The notes: a model not told the origin generated them from the letters alone. A stretch of 32,000 nucleotides of DNA from Candidatus Methylomirabilis oxygeniifera (GCA_000091165.1 FP565575.1:1380001-1412000), one strand, 5' to 3'. Positions 16,326 to 25,412 are shown, counted from the stretch's first letter. Numbers and translations are program-made.

Positions 16326-17021
16326 TCATCGATCCGTTCTGAAGTAGTTATCCGCCTTCATTGTGAGCAGATCGAGGCGCTCTTCGAGGACTTCCTGGTG
16401 CTTTGTTATCTCATCCTTGGTCGTTGTCGGAGGAACATACATCGGTTCCCCCCAGATGTACACGGCACGGGAGAACGGGACCGGCACAAGGAAGCCGTCC
16501 CAGCTCTGGAGGAATCGGCGTCGCGCCGCACTGAAGCTCACCGGCACAATGGGAGCCCCCGTCAGCTTCGCGACCTCGATGACACCGGACTTGACCTTCG
16601 CTCGCGGTCCCTTTGGGCCATCCGGGGTGACAACCAGGTCCAGTCCGCCTTTGATGGCGCGGATCATCTGCTTGATGGCGCGCATGCCGCCCCGTGTCGC
16701 TGAGCCTCGAATCACCTCGAACCCGAGAATCGTTGCGATTCGGCTGAAATACTCCCCATCCCGATGCTGGCTGATGAGGAGCGCTCCGGATTTCCCGGGA
16801 TAGACAAACGGCATCATCAGGAGCCGGCCGTGCCAGAAGACCACAATGATTCGCTCTCCCTTTGCCCAGCAGCGTTCCGGGTACGCACGGCCCACATGAA
16901 CCACTCGAAGGAGCCGAAAGAGGCACTGCATCAACCTCGCCGCAAGCCATGGGACAATGCGCAGAACACGACGATCTTCCCTGAGCGCAACGACCGCTCG
17001 GGAAAAGGATGACTTCCCCAT
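16326..17021 (-). CDS. DUF374-family LPLAT acyltransferase (LpxJ-like candidate lipid A late acyltransferase)
   Basis: The track ORF extends to 17069, but ATG 17021 forms a TAATG overlap with the lpxB stop. The DUF374 pattern (FWHGRLLMMP....SQHRDGE..., VTPDGPKGP) is present. It sits between lpxB and waaA. Confidence 0.75.
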   Translation of the reverse strand: MGKSSFSRAVVALREDRRVLRIVPWLAARLMQCLFRLLRVVHVGRAYPERCWAKGERIIVVFWHGRLLMMPFVYPGKSGALLISQHRDGEYFSRIATILGFEVIRGSATRGGMRAIKQMIRAIKGGLDLVVTPDGPKGPRAKVKSGVIEVAKLTGAPIVPVSFSAARRRFLQSWDGFLVPVPFSRAVYIWGEPMYVPPTTTKDEITKHQEVLEERLDLLTMKADNYFRTDR

Positions 17022-18193
17022 TACCCTCTCTGGACCGCTATCTCCTCCAGGGCACCCGACTGCAGGCACTCAAGGATAGCGTCTACCGTCCGACTCAAGG
17101 CTCCAGGCGGTCCCAAGCGATCACGCATCTGCTGGAGCTCCTGCCGCGTGTGGCGACGCTGCTCCGCCGACAGGAGCAACCGACGGGCCTCGTCGGCGAT
17201 CCGCTCCGGTGTCGCGTGAAATTGAATCAGCTCCGGCGCAATCCGTCTTCCCGCCACCAGATTCACCATGCCGATGTACGGAACCCTGATCAACAAACAG
17301 CCCAACAGCCACGACAGAAAGGCAAGGCGATACACAATCACCATGGGGGTACCGATAATAGCCGCCTCAATGGTCGCAGTACCTGACGCCACAAGGAGCA
17401 GGTCCGACGCTGCCATGACCTCATAGGTCTGGCCCTGCACAACTGTAGCTAAGACGGCTTCTCGGGTCAGGAAGGATCCGATAAGGTCGAGCGGAAGTCC
17501 GTCGGCCGCGGCAATTACCACACGCAAATCCGGCTGCTCCGTCATCAGTCGCCTGGCCGATCTGAGCAAGATGGGTAGATGCCGCATGAGCTCACCTGTG
17601 CGGCTGCCGGGCAGCAGCCCCAATACCGGAGCCGCTCCCTCCAACCCTAGGCGGCGACGCGCCTCATTCATCGATGGTGAAGACGCCAACCGATCCAGGA
17701 GCGGGTGACCGACATACAGAGCTTCCACCCCTTTGTCGCGATAGAAACCCTCCTCGAAGGGAAAGATCACCAGGAGCCGTCGGACATACTTCGCAATCGA
17801 CCGTATCCGACCCGCTCGCCAAGCCCATACCTGCGGACTGATAAAGTAGACCACCGGGATGCCAAGCCGGGATGCGCGGCGAGCGAGCCTCAGGTTGAAG
17901 TCCGGAAAATCTACAAGGATCACCAGATCGGGGCGTCGATCGCGCAAGCACCGGATCATACTCCGGTACGCCCGCCAGATAGCAGGGAGTCTGGCGACTA
18001 CCTCGACGAGGCCCACCACAGCCAGATCGCCCGCATGCGCATGGAGGCGGACACCCGCCTGACGCATCCGGTCCCCTCCGATTCCCTCTATGGTCAGGTC
18101 CGGGGCGCGCCGCCGCAGCTCGGCAACCACACCGGCAGCATGCAGATCTCCTGACGACTCTCCTGCGACGATCAGGATCCGGCCATCTCGCAT
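17021..18193 (-). CDS. lpxB: Lipid-A-disaccharide synthase
   Basis: 390 aa with ILIVAGESSGDLHAAGVV and YFISPQVWAWR motifs typical of LpxB (GT19). Confidence 0.95.
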   Translation of the reverse strand: MRDGRILIVAGESSGDLHAAGVVAELRRRAPDLTIEGIGGDRMRQAGVRLHAHAGDLAVVGLVEVVARLPAIWRAYRSMIRCLRDRRPDLVILVDFPDFNLRLARRASRLGIPVVYFISPQVWAWRAGRIRSIAKYVRRLLVIFPFEEGFYRDKGVEALYVGHPLLDRLASSPSMNEARRRLGLEGAAPVLGLLPGSRTGELMRHLPILLRSARRLMTEQPDLRVVIAAADGLPLDLIGSFLTREAVLATVVQGQTYEVMAASDLLLVASGTATIEAAIIGTPMVIVYRLAFLSWLLGCLLIRVPYIGMVNLVAGRRIAPELIQFHATPERIADEARRLLLSAEQRRHTRQELQQMRDRLGPPGALSRTVDAILECLQSGALEEIAVQRG

Positions 18194-18199
18194 CTGGCC

Positions 18200-19147
18200 C
18201 TACAATCGCTCCACAATCTGAGAGGCCACTTTCAGGGCATCTCGTCCTTCCTCCCCTGAGACCAGAGGTCGTTTTCTGGCCCGGACGCACTCGATAAAGC
18301 TTTCGAGCTCAACACGAAGCGGCTCTGCCTTATCAATGGGGATCTCTTCCTTCACGATCGCCGAGGCGGCCTCAGCGGCTGCCTTGCTCGTCCCAGAGAT
18401 GCGATGGTAGACCGTCATCTCTTGCTGGGTATAATCGAGGGAGATGAAGGTGTCCCGCTGAAAGATCCGTATCCGCCGGACCCGTTCGACGCTCACCCGG
18501 CTGGCAGTCAGGTTCGCGACGCACCCCGATGCAAATTCAAGTCGCGCATTCGCAATATCCACCTGATCGGAGATGACCGGGACGCCCACAGCCGTGACCG
18601 AGACGACGGGTGACTTGATCAAATTCAGTACAATGTCAATGTCATGGATCATCAGATCCAGAACAACATCAACATCCGTATTGCGGTGGGCAAAAGGACC
18701 AAGACGGTGACACTCAATGAAGCCGGGATTCCTCACGACGGCCTCGAGCGCCTTTACCGCGCCGTTGAATCGCTCGATATGACCAACCTGAAAGATTCGA
18801 TCGTCACACCTGGCGATCTCAACCAGTTCGTCGGCCTGAGCGGGAAACTGCGCAATCGGTTTCTCCACCAGGACGTCTACCCCGCGCTTCAGGAACTCCT
18901 TGGCGATGGGATAGTGCAACAGGGTCGGAACCGCCACGCTGACGGCGTCTACCCTTTCCAGGAGCTCGCGGTAATCGCGACACAACCGGATCCGCTGCCG
19001 TATCCCAACCTCCTGCAGGCGGGTCTCGTCGATATCGACCACCCCGACCAGTTCAACACCAGGCAACTCCGAATAGATCCTGGCGTGGTGATGTCCCACA
19101 TAGCCCACACCGACGACACCGACTCGAATTGGATGTCCGTTCTTCAT
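18200..19147 (-). CDS. Gfo/Idh/MocA family NAD(P)-dependent oxidoreductase (position is compatible with GnnA-type UDP-GlcNAc 3-dehydrogenase)
   Basis: 315 aa with an N-terminal Rossmann motif IRVGVVGVGYVGHHH and an EKP motif (VLVEKPIA). It is embedded between lpxI and lpxB. Confidence 0.8.
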   Translation of the reverse strand: MKNGHPIRVGVVGVGYVGHHHARIYSELPGVELVGVVDIDETRLQEVGIRQRIRLCRDYRELLERVDAVSVAVPTLLHYPIAKEFLKRGVDVLVEKPIAQFPAQADELVEIARCDDRIFQVGHIERFNGAVKALEAVVRNPGFIECHRLGPFAHRNTDVDVVLDLMIHDIDIVLNLIKSPVVSVTAVGVPVISDQVDIANARLEFASGCVANLTASRVSVERVRRIRIFQRDTFISLDYTQQEMTVYHRISGTSKAAAEAASAIVKEEIPIDKAEPLRVELESFIECVRARKRPLVSGEEGRDALKVASQIVERL

Positions 19148-19186
19148 GCTCGATTCGTCTCGCCTCTCGCCAACATCAGCGGGGAA

Positions 19187-19215
19187 GCCGTCAGCTCTAG
19201 CTGATAGCTGACGGC
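19187..19215 (-). other. 10-bp perfect stem-loop in the lpxI-oxidoreductase spacer
   Basis: gccgtcagct (19187-19196) pairs with agctgacggc (19206-19215) around a 9-nt loop. On the minus strand it is followed by ttcccc, which is not a U-tract. Confidence 0.5.
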
Positions 19216-19225
19216 CGTCCTGCTG

Positions 19226-20026
19226 CTAGTCAGCCACAATCGTCAGCCCAAGTCGATCGGCCCTCGCCACGACCTTTTCCCGATCAAGAATCAACGTCTG
19301 ATCGGCATCCAGGGCAAGCGCGGTTGCGCCCGCATCTTCAAGCGCCGCCACAGTCTCCGGTCCGATAACCGGCAGATCAAAGCGCATATCCTTATGAGGA
19401 CGCCCAACCTTTACCACGACTACCTCACGATTCCCGAGTGTACCGCCGCGGCGAATTGCCGCATCAGTTCCCTCGATCGCCTCTACAGCCAGTACGGTAC
19501 GGCGCTTCACCACGACCGTTTGGCCGATCCGCAACTGCGCCATCGATCGGGCAAGCTCTCTTCCAAAGTCGATATCTTGCTGCTCCTCCAGCCTTGGCGC
19601 CCGCGCCGTCAGTACTCCCTTCCGTAGTAGAATCGAAGAGAGGAACCGTCGACAATCGTGCAGGGTAATCCCTTCCTCTGCCAGCAGATCGCCTACACCT
19701 GCGAGGATCGTATCACCGCGTCGGTCTTTGAGCTTCCAATAGAACAGCAAACCGGCCAGATCGATCTTCGCGCGCGAGAAGAGAAGATCCAGCGGGACCT
19801 TCCCGAGCATCACGGCATCCGTCACTTGTTCACGCTTCAGCGCCGAGATCAACCGCCCAAGCTGTCCGACGCCCACCCAACAGATCGCATCGACTTCATC
19901 GGCCAGATCGGCAGAGGCCGCCTCTTCGACCGCCACCGCCACGACCTTCAACCCCTGCATTCGCGCATCCCGCGCGGCCACAATCGGAAGCGGACCCCCG
20001 CCGGCGATGATCCCCAGACGTTCCAT
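19226..20026 (-). CDS. lpxI: UDP-2,3-diacylglucosamine diphosphatase LpxI (DUF1009)
   Basis: 266 aa with an N-terminal LGIIAGGGPLP. The family context is lpxA-lpxI-lpxB, and no lpxH is present in the cluster. Confidence 0.85.
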   Translation of the reverse strand: MERLGIIAGGGPLPIVAARDARMQGLKVVAVAVEEAASADLADEVDAICWVGVGQLGRLISALKREQVTDAVMLGKVPLDLLFSRAKIDLAGLLFYWKLKDRRGDTILAGVGDLLAEEGITLHDCRRFLSSILLRKGVLTARAPRLEEQQDIDFGRELARSMAQLRIGQTVVVKRRTVLAVEAIEGTDAAIRRGGTLGNREVVVVKVGRPHKDMRFDLPVIGPETVAALEDAGATALALDADQTLILDREKVVARADRLGLTIVAD

Positions 20027-20086
20027 TACAATCCGATTCGCGGTGCATTGGGTTCATTGCGTGCGGCGTTCGTTGCGTTCGGGGTG

Positions 20087-20114
20087 ACGCTGCACGCTGT
20101 ACGCTGCACGCCTA
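20087..20114. repeat. Heptanucleotide tandem repeat (ACGCTGY) x3, plus a degenerate fourth unit abutting the lpxA stop codon
   Basis: The repeat reads acgctgc acgctgt acgctgc acgccta, followed directly by tca (the lpxA TGA on the minus strand). Confidence 0.85.
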
Positions 20115-20891
20115 TCAACGGGCGATTCCTCTGGCCGATAACTTGATGAAGTGCATCAAGTGCTCAATCTCCGGGCAAGAGGTGACCTCCGATGCAATCC
20201 TCTCCAGAGCCTGGGATGTATTAAGGTGGGCCAGGAAGAGCAATCGATAGGCTTGCTTGAGACGAAGAATTGCCTCCTCAGAAATACCATGGCGGCGAAG
20301 ACCTACCGTGTTTAAACCGTAGCATTTGGCTCGGTTCCCCTGCGCCTTCAGGAAAGGTGGGATGTCTTGCAGCACCGCGGAACAGGCGCCGACCATCGCG
20401 TATTGTCCGATGCGGACGAACTGATGGATCCCTGTCTGCCCACCAATAACTGCTCGCGTTTCGACCTCGACGTGGCCGGCCAGTCCGGCTTGACTGGCGA
20501 CGACAACGTCATCGTGCAGGATACAATCGTGCGCAATATGAGCATAGGCCATGATGTAGTTCCGGCATCCCAACACGGTGACGCCTCTCCCCTTTACCGA
20601 GCCGCGATGAACCGATGCGAACTCCCGGATGATTGTCTCGTCACGGATCATCAATCTGGTCTTCTCGCCCCTGTCCTGGAAGATCTGAGGTGCCGCGCCG
20701 AGGACGACATGGGAGAAGATCTGGCACCGTTCCCCGATCTCCGTCACCCCCTCGATAAGGACATGCGAGCCGATAACGGTCCCGGACCTGACAACGACAT
20801 CAGGACCGATCATTGAAAAGGCACCGATACTGCAGTCCGACGCCAGCGTGGCCTCAGGTGCGACAATCGCTGACGGATGGATCTGCGCCAT
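20115..20891 (-). CDS. lpxA: Acyl-ACP--UDP-N-acetylglucosamine O-acyltransferase
   Basis: Left-handed beta-helix hexapeptide repeats. The homologous start MAQIHPSAIV at ATG 20891 forms a TAATG overlap with the fabZ stop. The track ORF extends to 20957. Confidence 0.93.
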   Translation of the reverse strand: MAQIHPSAIVAPEATLASDCSIGAFSMIGPDVVVRSGTVIGSHVLIEGVTEIGERCQIFSHVVLGAAPQIFQDRGEKTRLMIRDETIIREFASVHRGSVKGRGVTVLGCRNYIMAYAHIAHDCILHDDVVVASQAGLAGHVEVETRAVIGGQTGIHQFVRIGQYAMVGACSAVLQDIPPFLKAQGNRAKCYGLNTVGLRRHGISEEAILRLKQAYRLLFLAHLNTSQALERIASEVTSCPEIEHLMHFIKLSARGIAR

Positions 20892-21370
20892 TATTCTCCC
20901 GCTACCACAGGAATACCGGGAGGAAGATTCGACGATTCCCGGTCGACTACCATACACGACAGCTCAGCCTCCGCGACCAACTTGTCCTGAACAAAGGCCA
21001 TTGCTTGCATTCGACAGTTCCGACTTCTGATCTGGAGCAGCTCGATCTCAAACCGCACCTGATCCCCCGGTAGCACTGGCCTGCGGAACTTGGCGTGGTC
21101 GATGCCGGTAAAATACACCAGCTTCTTTTCGGCGCTCACGTTCAGTGTCCGCATCAGCAGAACACCTCCGACCTGCGCCATCGCCTCGATAACCAGCACT
21201 CCCGGCATGACCGGCTGCCCCGGAAAGTGACCCTGAAAGAATGACTCGTTAATGGTCACGTTCTTTAGCCCCACCACCCTCTTTCCGGGCTCGATCTCGA
21301 GGATCCTATCGACGAGAAGAAACGGATAACGGTGGGGAAGCATCTCCTGAATCTGTCGAATATCTATCAC
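20891..21370 (-). CDS. fabZ: 3-hydroxyacyl-ACP dehydratase
   Basis: 159 aa with LPHRYPFLLVDRI and FFQGHFPG.PVMPGVL motifs. The GTG start forms a GTGA overlap with the lpxD stop. Confidence 0.96.
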   Translation of the reverse strand: MIDIRQIQEMLPHRYPFLLVDRILEIEPGKRVVGLKNVTINESFFQGHFPGQPVMPGVLVIEAMAQVGGVLLMRTLNVSAEKKLVYFTGIDHAKFRRPVLPGDQVRFEIELLQIRSRNCRMQAMAFVQDKLVAEAELSCMVVDRESSNLPPGIPVVAGE

Positions 21371-22452
21371 TGGGGTCTCCTCTCGAAACTCGATTGAGAA
21401 GACTGCGCCTCTACATCCCCTTCCTCAATAGTGCGTTCTAACGATGCCAGACGCGTCTCAATGCGCTTGAGGGTTCTCAGGATCGAGGGGAGCCGATTTG
21501 CTGCAGCAACGCTGCGCTTAAATGCGAGATGCGGAACAGCGGGAGAACCCAGAACAACACTCCCGGATGGGAGACTCTTCGCAACTCCGGCTTGCGCACC
21601 CACAGTGACATCGTCGCCGATTTCAATATGATCGACAATCCCGACCTGACCGGCGAGCGTCACTCGATCTCCGATCGTCGCGCTGCCGGAAATACCGGTC
21701 AGGGCCACAATGACCGTATCTGCTCCAACGACCACGTTGTGTGCGATCTGGACCAGATTGTCGATCTTGGTCCCATGTTTGATCCTCGTCGCCCCTATGG
21801 TCGCCCGGTCGATTGTGACATTCGCGCCGATCTCTACATCATCCTCGATAATGACCCGCCCCACCTGCGGAACTTTGATACGGATCCCCTGTCCATCTCT
21901 CAGATAGCCGAAGCCATCGCTCCCGATGACGGTCCCGCTATGAACGATCACGCGATCGCCGATCTCGGCACCCTCCCGGATCATCACCTGCGGGTAAAGC
22001 CAGCAGTCGGCGCCGATACGGGAGCCTTTCCCGATATAGACCTGGGCACCCACAACAGTCCCCCGGCCGATCGTCACATCCGCCTCAACGACTGAGAGCG
22101 GCCCGATCGCAACATCCATCGCCAGACGTACGCCCTCGCGTACAATGCTGGATGGATGGATGCCTGGCGTTGGGCTGTCCGGGGTATAGAAGAGACGAAG
22201 GGCCCCGACAAAAGCCAGATACGGATCGTTCGTCAGCAGGGCCGGCTTAGAACAGGGTGGGCTCCCCTCAGGTACGATGACAGCGGAGGCCTTACTCGTC
22301 TCCAGCTTCGGCAGATCACGAGCGTGTGCCACAAAAGCCAGGTCCCCCTCACACGCCTCGTGCAGCGGAGCGAGATGACGGACCTCGATCTCACCGTCAC
22401 CGACCAGCCGGCAGTTCAGCTTTTCAGCCAGCTCCCTCAGTTGCATCACCAC
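21367..22452 (-). CDS. lpxD: UDP-3-O-acylglucosamine N-acyltransferase
   Basis: 361 aa with an N-terminal uridine-binding domain, hexapeptide repeats and a C-terminal helical tail. The start could be GTG 22452 or ATG 22446. Confidence 0.94.
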   Translation of the reverse strand: MVMQLRELAEKLNCRLVGDGEIEVRHLAPLHEACEGDLAFVAHARDLPKLETSKASAVIVPEGSPPCSKPALLTNDPYLAFVGALRLFYTPDSPTPGIHPSSIVREGVRLAMDVAIGPLSVVEADVTIGRGTVVGAQVYIGKGSRIGADCWLYPQVMIREGAEIGDRVIVHSGTVIGSDGFGYLRDGQGIRIKVPQVGRVIIEDDVEIGANVTIDRATIGATRIKHGTKIDNLVQIAHNVVVGADTVIVALTGISGSATIGDRVTLAGQVGIVDHIEIGDDVTVGAQAGVAKSLPSGSVVLGSPAVPHLAFKRSVAAANRLPSILRTLKRIETRLASLERTIEEGDVEAQSSQSSFERRPQ

Positions 22453-22454
22453 AA

Positions 22455-23003
22455 CTACTTTTTGCTTCGGCGGGTGTTGTAACGTTCGAGGATCTCTTTG
22501 GTAAGGTCGGCCGCGTCGTTGCCGTAGATCACACCGCTCTGCCCCTTCTCAATGATGAGGCCATATCCTTTCTCTTTGCCGTAGTCCCGGATCACGGTCG
22601 TGAGATCCTTGAGTAGATCATTGACCATCTCACCTTCCCGCTTGGCCAGGTCACGGTTAAAATCTTCGGTGACTCGCTTGAGGTCCCGCAACTTACGTCT
22701 GATCTCTTCCTCTCTGTCCTTCCGTGCGGCCTCACTCAGGGCAGACGCCTGTTTCTGGAGATCGGCGTCCATCTGCTTGATCTCAGCCTCTTTCGCGCTG
22801 ATCTCCTTCTGTTTCTCTGTCGCCTCCGCCTTGACGGTATTCATCGCCGTCTGCCCCTCTTTCGACTGCGTGATCACCGTCTGAAGGTCGACAAACCCGA
22901 GTCGTACCGGCGGATCCGCAGCCCAACTTACGGATGCCGTCAAGACCACCGCCACAGCCACCCAGAACAGCCGCCATCGCCAACCGTACATCATACCCAT
23001 CAT
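22455..23003 (-). CDS. skp: OmpH/Skp periplasmic chaperone
   Basis: 182 aa with a signal peptide and a lysine/glutamate-rich coiled-coil body. GGAGGA lies 8 nt upstream of the ATG. It occupies the canonical bamA-skp-lpxD position. Confidence 0.88.
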   Translation of the reverse strand: MMGMMYGWRWRLFWVAVAVVLTASVSWAADPPVRLGFVDLQTVITQSKEGQTAMNTVKAEATEKQKEISAKEAEIKQMDADLQKQASALSEAARKDREEEIRRKLRDLKRVTEDFNRDLAKREGEMVNDLLKDLTTVIRDYGKEKGYGLIIEKGQSGVIYGNDAADLTKEILERYNTRRSKK

Positions 23004-23022
23004 ACGTTGTTTCCTCCACGCG

Positions 23023-25326
23023 CTAAAACGTCGACCCCATCGTCAAGTGAACGGCGCTGCTCGATTCCCCTGGCCGCTTATCCAGATTGAGACCCCACTC
23101 AACCCGCACCAGGCCAAATGGGGTGGCCACACGAACCCCACCCCCTGCCGTCGGTCGCAATTTGAATGAAAGGCTTTCCCCCTCGGCCCAGACATTGCCT
23201 GCATCGAAAAAGATCAACCCCTTGAGTCCCAACGGATCGTAGAGCGGAAACATCACCTCGTTATTGAAGTAGAGGGCCTTGGTACCGCCGATCCGCTCAT
23301 CGCCAATGATGTTGCCAGCGTCGTCCTTGACCGTCTCGGTGGGGCTCAAGTGGAAGGTCTTGAATCCTCGAACCGTCGTGGTGCCGCCAAGGTAGATCCG
23401 CTCCTGAACCGGTAGATCCTTCCCGCCGTAGGCGTTCGCTACAATCAGGTTGCCGCGGATATGACCGATCACCTTCCAGATCAGCGGGTGATAGTAGCCG
23501 AGATCCAGGTTGAACCGGTGGAACTTATTGCTCCCGCCAAGAAAGTTTCCGGCGAACTGATACGTTGCGGACCCGGTGAAACCTTTGGTCGGATCGAGTC
23601 GGTTATCCCTGAGATCCATCGAGAGACCGAGCGATACCCTCCCGGTTTTATTTATTCCTTCTTCGTCCTTGATAGTCTTAGGCGCGGTGTCTTCGACATC
23701 GAAGATCTTGTTTCGCTCATATCGATACCCCAGGTTACCGAACAACTCCTTGTAGAGTCGTCGGCCAAAGGCGATCGAACCGCCCTTGCTGTCCTGATTA
23801 AAGCCGGTCTGCTGGTCGAAGAGCAGACGCTGGTTGAAGACCGAGACATCCAGCGAGGTCCCCGTATCCAGAATGTAAGGATCAAAGAAGTTCAGGACAA
23901 ACCGACTCGCCCTGGCACCAACTTGCGCTGAAACCGAGATCCGCTGCCCCAGTCCGAAAAAGTTATTCTGAGAAATAGAACCCGAACCCAGGATGCCGTC
24001 AATCGAACTGAATCCGCCCCCGATGCTGAAGGAGCCGGTCGGCTTCTCTTTCACCAGTACATCGATATCCACCCGATCCTCGGAGGTCCCCCGACGGGTT
24101 TCGATCTTCACATCCTCGAAGAAACCAAGGTTGTTCAGATTCTGGCGACCGCGCGCCAGTAGACGGCTATTGTAGAGGTCACCCTCATTCAGAGGGATCT
24201 CCCGTCGAACGACCTTATCTCGAGTCTTTGTATTACCTGAGATCTCGATCCGTTCCAGGAACGCCTGTTTCCCTTCGCTGATCTCCAGCCCGACATCCAC
24301 AATATGGTTCTCCCGATCGGTATTAATGGTGGGAGCGATATCTGCAAAGAGATAGCCGCGCTCCGAATACCGATCAGTGAGGGTCAGTAGGTCCCGCTGG
24401 AGCACCTCCCGGCTGAAAATCCCCTGTCTGGCAATCTGAAGCGGTTTTAACACGTCCTCGGCAGAAAAGACCGTGTTGCCTATCACGCCTAACTCCCCCA
24501 CCCGGTACTGCGGGCCTTCTTCCACCCGGATGCCGATCTCGAGTTTCTGCCGTGCCTCAACCACCCGGATCTCCGGCTCTCCCACTTTAACGTCGAGATA
24601 GCCGTTATCCAAGTAGTACGCTTTAATCCGATCGAGATCGCGTTGCAACTCATCGCGTTTCAGCGTTCCAAAAAAGAAAAACAGGAATAGTTCCCTGGTG
24701 GCCATGCGCGCCTTGATCTCCTCGTCGCTCAACCCTTTAGCCCCAAGGATTCGAATAGTCGAAATATCGAACTTTCCCCCCTCGTTAATCTCGAAAGCGA
24801 CCGAGATGTCCCCCTCCGGTGTCTTGTCTGTTTGCGGGGCAACCTTCGCCTGGTAATATCCCTCTTCTTCGTAAAACTGCCTGACCTTCTCCACGTTCGC
24901 GGCAACGGTCTGTGGGTTAAATACCCCGCCCTCAGTGAGCGTGAGTTTCTCTTTGATCTTGTCGGTAGCAATCTGCTTGTTGCCGCGGATCTTCACCTCA
25001 CGGATGGTCGGCTTTTCAGTGAGGATGAAAGCGATCTTCAGACCTCCCTCAAAGACCTCGGCATCCACAGCGACATCGTCGTAGAAGCCCAATCGGTAGA
25101 CTGTCTTGACATCCTCTCTGATCTTTTCCAGAGAGAACGACTCCCCAACCCGGGTCTTCAGCTTAAACCGGATGGTCGCCTCGTCGATCTTTCGGCTTCC
25201 CTTGATATCGAGTTGCTTGACCTGCGCCTGTTCCTGGCCGTAAGCTTTGCCGAACGCCAACGCCAGAAAAAGAAGGAGAGAAGTGACGGCGAGAAACGTT
25301 ACGCGATTCGCGAAGGCCGGTACCAA
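23023..25326 (-). CDS. bamA: Outer membrane protein assembly factor BamA
   Basis: 767 aa with a signal peptide, POTRA-like repeats and a C-terminal Omp85 beta-barrel ending in an aromatic residue (...HLTMGSTF). TTG start with GAGGAG 9 nt upstream. Confidence 0.93.
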   Translation of the reverse strand: MVPAFANRVTFLAVTSLLLFLALAFGKAYGQEQAQVKQLDIKGSRKIDEATIRFKLKTRVGESFSLEKIREDVKTVYRLGFYDDVAVDAEVFEGGLKIAFILTEKPTIREVKIRGNKQIATDKIKEKLTLTEGGVFNPQTVAANVEKVRQFYEEEGYYQAKVAPQTDKTPEGDISVAFEINEGGKFDISTIRILGAKGLSDEEIKARMATRELFLFFFFGTLKRDELQRDLDRIKAYYLDNGYLDVKVGEPEIRVVEARQKLEIGIRVEEGPQYRVGELGVIGNTVFSAEDVLKPLQIARQGIFSREVLQRDLLTLTDRYSERGYLFADIAPTINTDRENHIVDVGLEISEGKQAFLERIEISGNTKTRDKVVRREIPLNEGDLYNSRLLARGRQNLNNLGFFEDVKIETRRGTSEDRVDIDVLVKEKPTGSFSIGGGFSSIDGILGSGSISQNNFFGLGQRISVSAQVGARASRFVLNFFDPYILDTGTSLDVSVFNQRLLFDQQTGFNQDSKGGSIAFGRRLYKELFGNLGYRYERNKIFDVEDTAPKTIKDEEGINKTGRVSLGLSMDLRDNRLDPTKGFTGSATYQFAGNFLGGSNKFHRFNLDLGYYHPLIWKVIGHIRGNLIVANAYGGKDLPVQERIYLGGTTTVRGFKTFHLSPTETVKDDAGNIIGDERIGGTKALYFNNEVMFPLYDPLGLKGLIFFDAGNVWAEGESLSFKLRPTAGGGVRVATPFGLVRVEWGLNLDKRPGESSSAVHLTMGSTF

Positions 25327-25412
25327 GAGTTGTTACTCCTCGAGTCTGGACAGGGGGGATACCTGCGCTCAACGTAAACGCGCAAACCTTACCACCTTTG
25401 CCTCGATAACGC

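Noticed and set aside
17664-18290. 208-aa minus-strand ORF, rich in Arg/Gly/Pro/Cys
   Set aside because: It is an alternative frame of lpxB and the oxidoreductase 3' end, with low-complexity composition. The lpxB frame carries the diagnostic motifs.
25327-25412. Sigma70 or sigmaE promoter for the bamA operon
   Set aside because: Only 3/6-type matches were found (TTGCGT-N17-TAAGGT and TTGCGC-N18-TATCCC), and there is no GAACTT-type sigmaE -35 element. These are too weak to report as a feature.
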